A stretch of DNA of 64,000 bases from NCBI GenBank assembly GCA_036918135.1, contig JBALDB010000007.1:64001-128000 (forward strand), read 5' to 3'. The position numbers were made by a program, and so were the translations under genes. Shown one piece after another: positions 48,003-60,200 of this stretch. Position 1 is the first letter of the stretch. The number at the start of each line of letters is the position of its first letter. The notes beneath the pieces were generated by a model. That model was not told the DNA's origin and made no database searches. It saw only the letters and a program-made list of their open reading frames with translations. This DNA is from Nostoc sp. Its GTDB lineage: Bacteria; Cyanobacteriota; Cyanobacteriia; Cyanobacteriales; Nostocaceae.

Positions 48003-51000
48003 ATGGAATCTATAGCGATTATAGGTATTGGCTGTCGTTTTCCGGGCGCTAGAGATCCTGAAGCCTTTTGGAACCTGATGCGGAATGCTGTGGATGCTAT
48101 TACTGAGGTGCCACCAGATCGATGGGATATTAATGCCTTCTACGATCCGAAGCCAGCTACACCGGGAAAAATGAATACCCGCTTTGGCGGTTTCCTAGAG
48201 CAGGTAGATCGGTTCGATGCCAGCTTCTTTAAAATTTCTCCGCGTGAGGCGGAGCGAATGGATCCCCAGCAACGGCTAATTTTGGAAGTAGCCTGGGAAG
48301 CTCTAGAAAATGCCGGACTAGTGCCAAACATGTTAGCTGAAAGCCAAACAGGGGTTTTCATCGGAATGAGCAGCTATGATTATGGTGTTTTGCTAGATAA
48401 AAAAAATTTCGACCAGATAAACGCCTACAATGGTACGGGCAATACCTTTAGTATTGCTGCTAATCGCTTATCATATATACTAAATCTACGCGGCCCAAGT
48501 ATAGCTATAGACACTGCTTGTTCCTCGTCACTGGTCGCAGTACATTACGCTTGCCAAAGTTTGCAGACTGGAGAGTCTGAGCTTTGCTTGGTTGGGGGTG
48601 TGAACCTGGTAATATCACCACACCTGAATATTACTTTCTCTCAAGCAGGCATGATGTCAGCTGATGGACGTTGTAAGACTTTTGACGCTAAGGCTGATGG
48701 TTATGTCAGGGGTGAAGGTTGTGGTGTGGTCGTCCTCAAACGTCTTTCAGAGGCTCTTAAAGATAAAGACAATATTCTTGCGATTATCAAAGGCTGTGCA
48801 GTTAACCAAGATGGTTTTACTAATGGACTGACAGCTCCTAATAGTCTTTCTCAACAGACCGTTATCCATCAAGCTTTAAAAAATGCTGGAGTTGCACCAG
48901 CGCAAATTAGCTATGTTGAAACCCACGGTACTGGCACTCCTTTGGGAGATCCCCTTGAGGTTAAAGCCCTAAAGGCTGTACTGACGGAGGGTCGTTCCCT
49001 AGACCAACTTTGTTGGATTGGCTCAGTTAAAACTAATATTGGCCATTTAGAAGCTGCTGCGGGAATTGCTGGATTGATTAAGGTGGTGCTTTCACTGCAA
49101 CATCAACAGATAACACCTCACTTGCATTTGCAGCAACTAAATCCATATATTTCTTTCAAAGGAACTCCTTTCTCTATTCCAACTGAACATCAATCTTGGA
49201 TGGCTGGTACAGAGAGGCGTTTAGCTGGTGTCAGTTCGTTTGGCTTCGGTGGTACCAATTGCCACGTAATTCTTGAAGAAGCACCTGCTGTGACTAGGGT
49301 AGCGAGCGATATTGAACGTAAAGTACATTTGCTTACACTTTCGGGAAAAAGTGAGAAGGCTTTACAGGAATTGGCACAAAGTTATGCAGATTTTGTGGTG
49401 TCTCATCTAGAAGCATCATTGGCAGATATTTGCTTTACTGCTAATGTCGGACGATCGCATTTCAACCACCGTTTGGCAATTGTCACTGAATCTACCAATC
49501 AATTGCACGAGCAACTGACTGCTTTTACTACTGGCAAACAGGCATCTGGAGTTATCGCTGGAACTGTGGAGACGAGGAATCGCCCTAAGATAGCGTTTCT
49601 CTTCACCGGGCAAGGCTCTCAGTATTATGATATGGGACGCCAGCTCTATGAAACTCAACCCACTTTCCGCAAAATATTGCAGCAATGCGATCGCCTCTTA
49701 AAACCTTATTTAGAGCATTCACTGCTTGAAATACTGTATGGTACTTCTGGGACAGCTTATCTGTTAAATGAAACTGTTTATACCCAACCAGCCCTGTTTG
49801 CCTTAGAATATGCTCTTGCACAGTTGTGGCGTTCTTGGGGAATTGTACCAGATGCTGTCATCGGTCACAGTGTAGGTGAATATGTTGCTGCGTGTGTAGC
49901 TGGGGTGTTCAGCTTAGAAGATGGGCTTCGGCTGATTGTAGAACGCAGTCGATTAATGCAGTCTTTGCCAGAAAACGGTGAAATGGTAGTAGTGTTTGCC
50001 CAACTTGAAAAAGTGGCTAACATTATTAACCAGTATGAGGGTCAAGTAGCGATCGCTGCTATTAACGGATCTAACAACATTGTGATTTCGGGTGTGAGAG
50101 AATACGTGCAGTCGGCAGTTGAGCAGTTTCAGTCCCAAGGGATTACTGTAAAGCCAATACATGTTTCTCATGCCTTCCACTCACCACTAATGGAGCCGAT
50201 TCTTGAAAAATTTGAGTTGAAGGCAGCAACAGTAAAGTTTCAAGCTCCACAAATTGCTTTAATCTCTAACCTAACAGGTCAATTTTTCCACTCAGGAGAA
50301 ATCCCAGATGCAAGTTATTGGTGTCGCCACCTGCGAGAACCAGTACAATTTGCGGCGGGAATGGACACCTTGGCACAACAAGGTTATAAAGTGTTTCTCG
50401 AACTTGGCCCTCGCCCTACTTTATCAGCTATGGGTAAGCGATGCTTACCGAATGTAAAAAGTACTTGGCTACCTTCATTACAGCCAGGGCAAGATGACTG
50501 GCTGGTTTTATTGAACAGCTTAGGGATATTGGAGATTCAAGGAGTGGAAGTCAATTGGCTAGGATATGACCGCGACTACCAACGACATAAAATTTCTTTG
50601 CCCACTTATCCTTTTCAGCGTCAGCGTTATTGGTTCGAGTCTGACGAAGAGAAAAATATCAATTCTATGGATTTGAAAAACTCAGATACACAGCAGCTTA
50701 ACAATACTCTAAAAACTAAATCTAAAGATAAAATATCATCTCAATTACGTATCCTTGTCGCTAAGTTACTGCAAATAGACGCGTCTGAAATTGATGTTTA
50801 TGCAGCTTTTCTAGAAATGGGTGCAGACTCTATTGTCTTGGTTGAAGCTGTTAGAACTATTGAAAACACCTTTGGAATCAAGGTGACTATTCGCCAGCTG
50901 TTTGAAGAGTTAACAAATATTGATAATCTTGCAAGTTACATAGAGCAAAATCAGCCCCTTGCGATCGCACAATCCTTAGAGCCTGAAATAGCTGAAAATC

Positions 51001-54000
51001 AGCCCCACCAATCTATCCAGGAAAAAGCTTCCGAACCAGCGATTGCAGCTAGCACATTACCCCAACTTCCACAACCAGCGCTACCGACTTTGACTAAGCA
51101 GTTTACATCTGTGGGTGACGAGTCGGTAAATAGAACACCAATAGTTGAGACTGGACTTGAGCGAATTATGGCTCAACAACTACAGCTGGCGTCTCAAGTC
51201 ATATCTCAACAATTGCAGTTATTACAAAATCGTGTTGTATCATCCACAGATGAGTCACAAGTAGCATTCTCCAAGCCAATCAGTCCAGCAAATGATTCGG
51301 TTAATAGAAATGGCAGCCTGCAACAAGCAAAGTCTATAACTGCACCCATTGAACAAATATCAGCCAAAAAGCAACCGCCAGGATCTCAAACAACAAATTC
51401 TCATGCTCTAACAGTAGGAGTAGGCGCAGAGGGACTAAATCCTCGACAACAGCAGCACCTAGAGGAATTGATTGCACGCTACACAAAGCGCACACAAAAG
51501 TCAAAACGAGCAAAGCAATCTTATCACCATGTCCTGTCTGACAGCAGAGCCGCCGCTGGATTCCGGCCATCAATTAAAGAAATAGTTTATCCGATTGTTT
51601 GCGATCGCTCTGTTGGTTGTAGATTTTGGGATGTGGACGGTAATGAATATGTGGACATCACAATGGGGTTTGGCGTGCATCTGTTTGGTCACAATCCGCC
51701 CTTTGTGATAGAAGCTTTACAAGAGCAAATAAAACTTGGTATGCAAGTTGGCCCCCAACCAAGTTTAGTAGGCGAAGTAGCAGAGTTGTTTTGCGAACTG
51801 ACAGGTTTAGAGCGCGTCACCTTTTGCCAGTCAGGTACAGAAGCAGTGATGACATCACTGCGTTTAGCACGAACGGCGACAGGACGGACAAAAGTTGCCT
51901 TGTTTTCAGGTTCTTTTCACGGTCATTTTGACGGGGTTTTAGCCAGAACACAAGCATCACACGAGCGGGTTTCTGTACCGGTGGCTCCCGGTGTAACGCC
52001 ACACATGGTTGAAGATGTTGTGGTACTCGATTATGGCGATCGTAGTGCATTAGAATACATCGAAGCTCATGCTCATGAATTAGCTGCGGTTTTGGTTGAA
52101 CCCGTACAAAGTCGGCGACCCGATTTACAACCCCAAGAGTTTTTACAGCAGTTGAGGCAACTGACCGCAAAAGCAGGTACCATTTTGATTTTCGATGAAA
52201 TCATCACTGGCTTTCGCATTCATCCAGGCGGCGCACAGTCACACTTTGGTGTGAAAGCGGACTTAGCAACTTACAGTAAAATTCTTGGTGGTGGTTTGCC
52301 GTTTGCAGCAGTAGCAGGTAAAGCTACCTTAATGAATGGAATCGATGGTGGTCAGTGGAATTACGGTGACGATTCGTATCCTGAAGCCGAAAGGACATTT
52401 TTTGCAGGTACTTTTAACAAACATCCTTTGGCTTTAGCAGCTGCAAGAGCGGTACTTAAGCATCTTAAAAACCAGGGATCGGTTCTTCAAGAGCAATTAA
52501 ATCAACGCACAGCAAAGTTAGCTCAAACACTCAATAGCTTTTTTGAACAAGAGCGTGTACCCATTCAAGTAGTTTATTTTGGTTCGCTGTTCCGCTTTAG
52601 CTTTAAGAAAAACTTGGATCTGTTTTTCTACCACTTGATTGAGAAAGGTGTTTACGTTTGGGAAGGGCGTACTTGTTTTCTGTCTACAGCCCATACAGAT
52701 ACCGATATTCAGTATGTAATTCAGGCTGTGAAAGAGAGCATAGCCCAAATGCAAGCAGCAGGTTTTTTACCCGAACCTTCATCCAACTCGAATGCAACAG
52801 CAAGCAATTCAACGAATTTCTTGGCTAAAAGTTCCACTTTAGAAGCTGCGCCTTCAGGAGGTATCGTAGAACCTGGGTTTTGGGGAAGAAAAACTCATAA
52901 ACCCAATCTTAATTTCAGTCAAAATACGGCAATAAGAGCAAAGCGAGATACCAGCCAAGGAATTGCCTTTAGCCTGTATTATTTCGGCAACTATGAGCCT
53001 GAATTCGACCCTAACAAATATGACCTGCTATTTGCAGGGGCAAAATTTGCCGATGAGCAGGGTTTTACAGCTTTGTGGATACCCGAACGTCACTTTCATC
53101 CCTTTGGGGGATTTTCACCTAATCCATCAGTGTTAGGAGCTGCACTTGCCAGAGAAACGAAGCGTATCCAAATACGTGCTGGTAGTGTTGTCCTGCCGAT
53201 ACATCACCCAATTCGAGTTGCAGAAGAATGGTCAATAGTTGACAATTTATCGAAAGGCAGAGTCGGAATTTCCTTTGCCTCCGGTTGGCATGTAAATGAT
53301 TTTGTGTTTGCACCAGAATCTTATGGTAAACATCGGGAACTGATGTTTCAACAAATTAAAACAGTACAAAAACTGTGGCGGGGTGAGTCACTTCCAGTTC
53401 GAGATGGTGCAGGAAGTGACATCAATGTCAAGCTGTTTCCCATGCCAATGCAGCCTGATATGCCAATTTGGGTTACAATCGTCAACAATCCAGACACCTA
53501 TATCAGAGCAGGTGAAATAGGTGCGGGTGTTTTAACCAACTTAATGGGGCAGACCATTGAAGATTTAGCCCATAATATAGCTCTTTATCGCCAGTCTTTG
53601 GCTAACCACGGTTACGACCCAGAATCAGGTAATGTAACAGTTTTACTACATACATTTGTGGGAGACAACGTTGATATTGTTCGCCAGAAAGCTCGTCAAC
53701 CTTTTTACAATTATCTCCAATCAACTGTTGGACTTTTTCAAAATCTAGTCAAAAGTCAAGGGTTGAAAGTCAATATAGACAACGTTTCTGAGGATGATAC
53801 TAATTACATTCTCTCAAAAGCTTATGAGCGTTACGTGCAAACGAGTGCTTTGATTGGAACTCCTTCTTCTTGTTCGCCTATTATTAATCAGTTAATAGAA
53901 ATTGGTGTTGATGAAATTGCCTGTTTTGTTGATTTTGGAGTCGATAGCGATTCTGTTTTAGATGGGTTTCATCATTTAAATTTGCTAAAAGAAAAATATA

Positions 54001-57000
54001 AAAAACAACACGATGTTCCAAAAGTCCCTAATTCCAATGAAGTAGTATTTGATGCAGTTGAACACATAATCCCCTTAACAGAAGCACAAAAACAACTCTG
54101 GGTTTTAGCACAAACTTCAGAAGAAGCATCGAGTGCATATAACGTTTCTATAAATCTGCAATTACGGGGTTCGTTAAATTTAACAGTACTACATCAAGCA
54201 ATAGAGAAAATTGTAGAGCGTCACGAGAGTTTGCGAACAACTATCGGTTGCCAAGGAGATTTTCAGCAGATACTACCATTGTTGAAAGTCGAGCTTCCTT
54301 ACATTAACTTCTCAAATGTTGCTAGTTGTGAGCGTGAATCTAAAGTAACTGAGTGGTTTAAACAAGAAAGCCTAAAACCTTTTGACCTAACTCAAGGGCC
54401 TCTGTTCCGTTGTTACGTTCTGAAATTAGAAGAACAGTTGCATCTACTGGTGATGACAGCTCATCACATTGTCGTCGATGGCTGGTCAATGAACGTTATC
54501 TTGGAAGAATTAGGTGCATTGTATTCAAAAGAGTGTCAGGGAGAAGTTTATCAACTCCTGCCACCGATGCAATTTAGAGAATACATTAATTGGCAGGAAC
54601 AGCAAAGTTACACTGAGGAAATGGTAGCCCATGAATCCTATTGGCTGGAAAATGCCAGTTCAACTCCTGTTTTAACTCTGCCAACAGACCGTCCTCGTCC
54701 TCCAATAAAAACCTATAGGGGTAGTAGGCAAACACTACGGCTGAATGCAAGCCTTTATCGTCAAGTCAAACAATTCAGCACAAAGAAGGGTTGCACCCCC
54801 TTTATGACTCTTTTGTCTGCATATACGGCTTTTTTGCACCGATTGACAAGCCAAGACAATATTATAGTAGGTATTTCTTCTGCTGGGCGGTCTTATGTTG
54901 GTAGTGAAAAGCTGGTTGGTTACTGTGCTCACCCACTACCAATAAGAAGTTGTGTTACTGAATTAACATTTTCGGAATATCTTTGCAAGATGAAGGATAT
55001 CTTGTTAAAAGCTTACGAACATCAAGATTATCCTTTCGCTTGGTTGCTTAGACAGCTAAAATTAGGTCGGGATGCCAGCCACTCTCCTCTAATTGCAACC
55101 ATATTTAACTTCGAGCGACCTGTAGCTGTGCCAAAAATGTTGGGACTGGAAACAGAGATTTTCGCTCCACCTATCAGTTTTACTGGCTTTGATATCAGCT
55201 TTAATATTATTGAGAGCGGCGACGAGCTGATATTGAATTGTGAGTACAACACAGATTTATTCGATGCTGCGACAATTAGCCGCATACTAGGTTATTTCCA
55301 GACCTTGGTAGAGGGGATTATCACCGATCCCGAACAACGCCTTTTTGAATTGCCTCTGCTGAGTGAAGCTGAACAACATCAGTTACTTGTGGAGTGGAAC
55401 AATACTCAAGCAGATTATCCCCAAGACAAGTGTATTCATCAGTTGTTTGAGGCTCAGGTAGAACGTACACCAAATGCGATCGCTCTGGAAATAGCAGACC
55501 AGCAGTTGACTTATAGGGAATTGAATTGCCGTGCTAATCAACTCGCTCACCACTTACAATCTCTAGGAGTCGAACCAGAGGTGTTAGTAGGCATTTATGT
55601 AGAGCGCTCTATTGAAATGGTTGTGGGACTGTTAGGGATTCTCAAAGCAGGTGGGGCTTACGTGCCAATAGACCCAACTTATCCAACAGAGCGCGTAGCT
55701 TATATGCTTGCAGATGCACAGCTACCAGTGCTGTTGACTCAAAATAAGTTGCTGGCTGAATTACCCGAATATCAGGCTTCTGTAGTTTGCTTGGATACAA
55801 ACTGGGAAATTATTCAGACCCAGAGTCAAGAAAATTTAGTAAGTACTGTTCAACCTCACAACTTGGCTTACATCATTTACACTTCTGGGTCTACTGGAAA
55901 CCCGAAAGGCACAATGATTGTCCATCAAGGACTGGTAAATTATCTTAACTGGTGTATACAGGAGTATGCAGTTGCCCAGGGAAATGGCGCTCCAGTGCAG
56001 TCTTCAATTGCGTTTGACGCAACCATTACCAGTATCTTCTCTCCTTTACTAGTAGGACAAAAAGTATTACTCCTTCCCGAAAAGCAGGAAATTGAAGCCC
56101 TCAGCGCTGCTTTACGTTCTCACAGAAATTTCAGCCTAGTGAAAATTACCCCAGCACATTTAGAGTTGCTGAATCAATTACTACCCGCCAATGAGCTGAG
56201 CGAGCAGACAAGAGCGTTGATTATCGGTGGCGAAGCACTGTTAGGTAAGAACCTTTCATTCTGGCAGAATTACGCACCTAATACCAGAATCATCAACGAA
56301 TACGGGCCGACAGAAACTGTGGTGGGATGTTGCGTTTACGAGGTGACAGCACAAAGCTCCCTAGCAGGTAGAGTTTTGATTGGTCGGGCGATCGCCAATA
56401 CCCAACTTTATATACTAGATCGGTATCTCCAACCAGTTCCCATCGGTGTTCCAGGTGAGTTATACATCGGTGGTGCTGGTTTGGCGCGGGGCTATCTCAA
56501 CGCAAGAGAGTTAACCGCCGCTAAATTTATCGCCAACCCCTTCAGCCACGAAGAGGGGACACGGCTGTACAAAACTGGAGATTTAGCCCGGTATTTGCGC
56601 GATGGCAACATTGAGTATCTCGGTCGAATTGATAACCAGGTAAAGATTCGCGGCTTTCGTATAGAGTTGGAAGAAATTGAAGCAGTATTGTCTAAGCATT
56701 TGAAAGTGCAACAGGCAGTGGTCATAGTCCGAGAAGACCAACCGGGTGACAAGCACTTAGTAGCATATATCGTCTCAAACCAGCATCAAGTCCCTACCAC
56801 CAATGAACTGCGCGGCTTCCTCAAAGAAAAACTGCCCGACTACATGGTGCCGTCAGTTTTTGTCATGCAGTCGGTTTTGCCTTTAACACCTAACGGTAAA
56901 GTAGACCGCAACGCTTTACCAACACCTGATTTATCTACGAGTGGTTTGTCAGAAAGCTTCGTTGCACCTAGTACTCCTACAGAGGAGATATTAGCTCAAC

Positions 57001-57299
57001 TTTGGATGGAAGTTCTGGGACGAAAACAAGTAGGGATCTACGACAACTTTTTTGATATCGGTGGTCACTCACTCTTGATAATTCAAGTAGGGAGCAAAGT
57101 TCGAGAAATCTTCAATAGCAATATCTCAGTCACTGACTTATTTAAGTATCCAACTATTAGTGCTTTGGCTCAATATTTAAGTCAAGAAAATAATCTAGAA
57201 CCACCTGCTTCTTCAATCGATGAGCTTGCTAGAAAGCAAAGAGAAGCTATCAAAAAACAAAAGCAATTGATGAAGCAAAAGAGGAAGACAAATGTCTAA
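48003..57299 (+). CDS. Hybrid PKS-NRPS: KS-AT-ACP-aminotransferase-luciferase-like monooxygenase-C-A-PCP
   Basis: DTACSSS/HGTGT (KS), GHSVG/HAFH (malonyl AT), GADSI (ACP), [20 protein letters not shown] (class III aminotransferase), IPERHFH (LLM), HHIVVDG (C), [11 protein letters not shown] (A), GGHSL (PCP). Confidence 0.95.
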   Translation: MESIAIIGIGCRFPGARDPEAFWNLMRNAVDAITEVPPDRWDINAFYDPKPATPGKMNTRFGGFLEQVDRFDASFFKISPREAERMDPQQRLILEVAWEALENAGLVPNMLAESQTGVFIGMSSYDYGVLLDKKNFDQINAYNGTGNTFSIAANRLSYILNLRGPSIAIDTACSSSLVAVHYACQSLQTGESELCLVGGVNLVISPHLNITFSQAGMMSADGRCKTFDAKADGYVRGEGCGVVVLKRLSEALKDKDNILAIIKGCAVNQDGFTNGLTAPNSLSQQTVIHQALKNAGVAPAQISYVETHGTGTPLGDPLEVKALKAVLTEGRSLDQLCWIGSVKTNIGHLEAAAGIAGLIKVVLSLQHQQITPHLHLQQLNPYISFKGTPFSIPTEHQSWMAGTERRLAGVSSFGFGGTNCHVILEEAPAVTRVASDIERKVHLLTLSGKSEKALQELAQSYADFVVSHLEASLADICFTANVGRSHFNHRLAIVTESTNQLHEQLTAFTTGKQASGVIAGTVETRNRPKIAFLFTGQGSQYYDMGRQLYETQPTFRKILQQCDRLLKPYLEHSLLEILYGTSGTAYLLNETVYTQPALFALEYALAQLWRSWGIVPDAVIGHSVGEYVAACVAGVFSLEDGLRLIVERSRLMQSLPENGEMVVVFAQLEKVANIINQYEGQVAIAAINGSNNIVISGVREYVQSAVEQFQSQGITVKPIHVSHAFHSPLMEPILEKFELKAATVKFQAPQIALISNLTGQFFHSGEIPDASYWCRHLREPVQFAAGMDTLAQQGYKVFLELGPRPTLSAMGKRCLPNVKSTWLPSLQPGQDDWLVLLNSLGILEIQGVEVNWLGYDRDYQRHKISLPTYPFQRQRYWFESDEEKNINSMDLKNSDTQQLNNTLKTKSKDKISSQLRILVAKLLQIDASEIDVYAAFLEMGADSIVLVEAVRTIENTFGIKVTIRQLFEELTNIDNLASYIEQNQPLAIAQSLEPEIAENQPHQSIQEKASEPAIAASTLPQLPQPALPTLTKQFTSVGDESVNRTPIVETGLERIMAQQLQLASQVISQQLQLLQNRVVSSTDESQVAFSKPISPANDSVNRNGSLQQAKSITAPIEQISAKKQPPGSQTTNSHALTVGVGAEGLNPRQQQHLEELIARYTKRTQKSKRAKQSYHHVLSDSRAAAGFRPSIKEIVYPIVCDRSVGCRFWDVDGNEYVDITMGFGVHLFGHNPPFVIEALQEQIKLGMQVGPQPSLVGEVAELFCELTGLERVTFCQSGTEAVMTSLRLARTATGRTKVALFSGSFHGHFDGVLARTQASHERVSVPVAPGVTPHMVEDVVVLDYGDRSALEYIEAHAHELAAVLVEPVQSRRPDLQPQEFLQQLRQLTAKAGTILIFDEIITGFRIHPGGAQSHFGVKADLATYSKILGGGLPFAAVAGKATLMNGIDGGQWNYGDDSYPEAERTFFAGTFNKHPLALAAARAVLKHLKNQGSVLQEQLNQRTAKLAQTLNSFFEQERVPIQVVYFGSLFRFSFKKNLDLFFYHLIEKGVYVWEGRTCFLSTAHTDTDIQYVIQAVKESIAQMQAAGFLPEPSSNSNATASNSTNFLAKSSTLEAAPSGGIVEPGFWGRKTHKPNLNFSQNTAIRAKRDTSQGIAFSLYYFGNYEPEFDPNKYDLLFAGAKFADEQGFTALWIPERHFHPFGGFSPNPSVLGAALARETKRIQIRAGSVVLPIHHPIRVAEEWSIVDNLSKGRVGISFASGWHVNDFVFAPESYGKHRELMFQQIKTVQKLWRGESLPVRDGAGSDINVKLFPMPMQPDMPIWVTIVNNPDTYIRAGEIGAGVLTNLMGQTIEDLAHNIALYRQSLANHGYDPESGNVTVLLHTFVGDNVDIVRQKARQPFYNYLQSTVGLFQNLVKSQGLKVNIDNVSEDDTNYILSKAYERYVQTSALIGTPSSCSPIINQLIEIGVDEIACFVDFGVDSDSVLDGFHHLNLLKEKYKKQHDVPKVPNSNEVVFDAVEHIIPLTEAQKQLWVLAQTSEEASSAYNVSINLQLRGSLNLTVLHQAIEKIVERHESLRTTIGCQGDFQQILPLLKVELPYINFSNVASCERESKVTEWFKQESLKPFDLTQGPLFRCYVLKLEEQLHLLVMTAHHIVVDGWSMNVILEELGALYSKECQGEVYQLLPPMQFREYINWQEQQSYTEEMVAHESYWLENASSTPVLTLPTDRPRPPIKTYRGSRQTLRLNASLYRQVKQFSTKKGCTPFMTLLSAYTAFLHRLTSQDNIIVGISSAGRSYVGSEKLVGYCAHPLPIRSCVTELTFSEYLCKMKDILLKAYEHQDYPFAWLLRQLKLGRDASHSPLIATIFNFERPVAVPKMLGLETEIFAPPISFTGFDISFNIIESGDELILNCEYNTDLFDAATISRILGYFQTLVEGIITDPEQRLFELPLLSEAEQHQLLVEWNNTQADYPQDKCIHQLFEAQVERTPNAIALEIADQQLTYRELNCRANQLAHHLQSLGVEPEVLVGIYVERSIEMVVGLLGILKAGGAYVPIDPTYPTERVAYMLADAQLPVLLTQNKLLAELPEYQASVVCLDTNWEIIQTQSQENLVSTVQPHNLAYIIYTSGSTGNPKGTMIVHQGLVNYLNWCIQEYAVAQGNGAPVQSSIAFDATITSIFSPLLVGQKVLLLPEKQEIEALSAALRSHRNFSLVKITPAHLELLNQLLPANELSEQTRALIIGGEALLGKNLSFWQNYAPNTRIINEYGPTETVVGCCVYEVTAQSSLAGRVLIGRAIANTQLYILDRYLQPVPIGVPGELYIGGAGLARGYLNARELTAAKFIANPFSHEEGTRLYKTGDLARYLRDGNIEYLGRIDNQVKIRGFRIELEEIEAVLSKHLKVQQAVVIVREDQPGDKHLVAYIVSNQHQVPTTNELRGFLKEKLPDYMVPSVFVMQSVLPLTPNGKVDRNALPTPDLSTSGLSESFVAPSTPTEEILAQLWMEVLGRKQVGIYDNFFDIGGHSLLIIQVGSKVREIFNSNISVTDLFKYPTISALAQYLSQENNLEPPASSIDELARKQREAIKKQKQLMKQKRKTNV

Positions 57300-60200
57300 T
57301 TGGGAAACTCAGGATTCTTTAGAACCTATAGCAATAATTGGCATGACTGGTCGTTTTCCGGGAGCTAACAACATTGAGAAATTTTGGCAAAATTTAGTTA
57401 ACGGTGTAGAGTCAATTACATTCTTCACGGATGAAGAACTCATTGCTTCAGGTGTAGATCCGGCTTTGGTAAGTTCCTCCAATTATGTCAAAGCCAAGGG
57501 GGTGTTAGAAGACATTGAAATGTTTGACGCTCTATTCTTTGGCTTTACACCTAAGGAAGCTGAATTGATGGATCCGCAGCACCGCCTCTTCTTAGAGTGT
57601 GCTTGGGAAGCTCTGGAAAATGCTGGTTATGACTCTGAAGCATACGACGGTCGAATTGGTGTTTACGCTGGCGCTGGTCTAAATGTTTACTTGATAAGAA
57701 ACTTAGCTTCAAACCCGAACCAAGTTGAATCGGTGGGCGATTTACAAATCTCAATCGGCAATGATAAGGATTATGTGCCAACACGCGTCTCCTACAAGTT
57801 GAACTTGACAGGGCCAAGTGTTAACGTTAACACTGCCTGTTCTACTTCGTTGGTAGCTGTTCAAATGGCCTGCCAAAGCTTGTTAAATTACCAGTGTGAT
57901 ATGGCATTGGCTGGTGGTGTTTCAATATACGTTCCACAGAAAGAAGGCTATTTGTATCACGAGGGCGGAATTGCCTCTCCAGATGGCCACTGTCGGGCTT
58001 TTGATGCTCGTGCCCAGGGAAGTATCGATGGCAATGGTGTAGGCATTGTTGTACTCAAGAGGTTAGAGGATGCTTTGGCAGATAGTGACTACATTTATGC
58101 AGTTATTAGAGGTTCTGCTATCAATAACGATGGTTCGTTGAAAGTGGGCTACACTGCTCCAAGTCAGACTGGTCAAGCAGCAGTGATTTCAGAGGCTTTA
58201 TCAATAGCAGGAATTGAAGCACAAGACATTACATATGTAGAAACCCACGGAACTGGAACACCTCTTGGAGATCCGATTGAAATTGCAGCACTGACTCAAG
58301 CTTTTCGCAGGAGTACTCAGAAAAAGGACTTTTGTGCTATCGGTTCCGTAAAAACAAATATCGGACATTTGGATGCCGCCGCCGGAGTCACAGGTATCAT
58401 TAAAACTGCCCTAGCGCTAAAACATAAGTTACTTCCGCCTAGCTTAAATTTTAAAGAACCATCGCCTAATATTGATTTTGCAAATAGCCCTTTCTACGTC
58501 AATACAACACTTTCCGAATGGAAAACAAATGGTACTCCTCGACGTGCAGGAGTCAGTTCCTTTGGAATTGGAGGAACTAATGTCCATGTCGTTCTTGAAG
58601 AAGCTCCTGTCGAACAGACGCGAATGACATCAGCTGAATCTCGTCCCTGGCAGTTATTAGTGCTATCGGCAAAAACTAGCTCAGCATTGGAAACTGCTAC
58701 AAAAAATCTGGTGAGTTATCTTCAACAGCATCCCGATATAAACTTCGCTGATGTAGCTCACACATTACAAGTTGGACGACGGACTTTTAATCATCGCAAA
58801 ACTGTTGTTTGCCGCGATCGCGAAGATGCGATAGTTGCACTTCAAGATCCAAAACGAGTTCTCACAACTAACCAGGAAATTCAACAGCGTTCTGTGGCTT
58901 TTATGTTCTCTGGATTGGGAACTCATTACGTTAATATGGCTTGGGAACTTTATCAACTTGAGCCGACATTTCAAGAGCAGGTTGACCGCTGTTGCCAACT
59001 TCTTAAGCCTCATATTGGTCTTGATTTGCGAAATGTACTGTATCCCCACAAACAAAAAGTAGATACTGATTTCCCAGAACACAAATCGTCGTCTACAGGT
59101 CTCGATTTGCGAAAAATGTTAGCTCGTGGGGAGCGACAAGCAGATGTAGAGACGTTGCGGGCAACTTCTTTACTGAACCAAACTTTTCTCACTCAACCAG
59201 CCATCTTTGTGATTGAATACGCTCTGGCTAAGTTGTGGATCTCGTGGGGGATTTATCCCAAAACGATGATTGGCTATAGCATTGGTGAATATGTAGCAGC
59301 AACTCTAGCAGAAGTTTTGTCTCTGGAAGAGGCTTTAACCCTGGTAGCCAAAAGAGCGCAAATGATTCAAGAATTGCCAGGTGGGGCAATGCTTGCCGTT
59401 CCTCTTTCAGAAAAGGATGTGCAGCCCCTGTTGAGCGAGGAACTCTCTCTATCTGCAATCAACGGTTTATCTGCGTGTGTGATTGCGGGTTCCGTAGATG
59501 CTGTAGAAAAATTAGAACAGCAGTTGACTAAGAAGGGATTAGCGTGTCGGCGCTTGGAAACATCTCACGCATTTCACTCTCAAATGATGGAGGCGATCGC
59601 ACCTGCCTTTTGCGAATTAGTTAAGACATTCAACCTCCAGCCCCCCAAAATTCCCTATTTATCAAACGTTACAGGAACTTGGATTACAGATGAGCAAGCC
59701 ACAGATCCAAGTTATTGGGTACAGCACCTGTGTCAGGCTGTGCGCTTTGCAGATGGAGTGCAACAGTTGTGGAAAAAGCACCAGCCAATTCTATTAGAAG
59801 TCGGCCCCGGACAAACATTAAGTAGTTTGGCACTACAATGTATAAAAAGTGAAAATGCAACCAATCAAACTGTACTGCCTTCACTAAAGCATTCTTACGA
59901 ACAACAGCCAGATTTGGCATTCTTGCTCAACACTTTGGGTAGGCTGACTTTAGCAGGAGTTCAAATCGATTGGTCTGGATTTTATGCCCATGAGCAGCCC
60001 CGTCGTCTGCCTTTACCAACATATCCTTTTGAGCGTCAGCGTTATTGGATAGAAGCCCAACAACAATTAGACGATGCTCACAGATACCGAGCATTACTGG
60101 GCAAAAAGCCAGATGCAGCTGATTGGTTTTATCTACCTTTCTGGAAACCATCTGTGCCACCAGTTATCTGTGAACGGGAAAATTTAATAGAGGAATCAAC

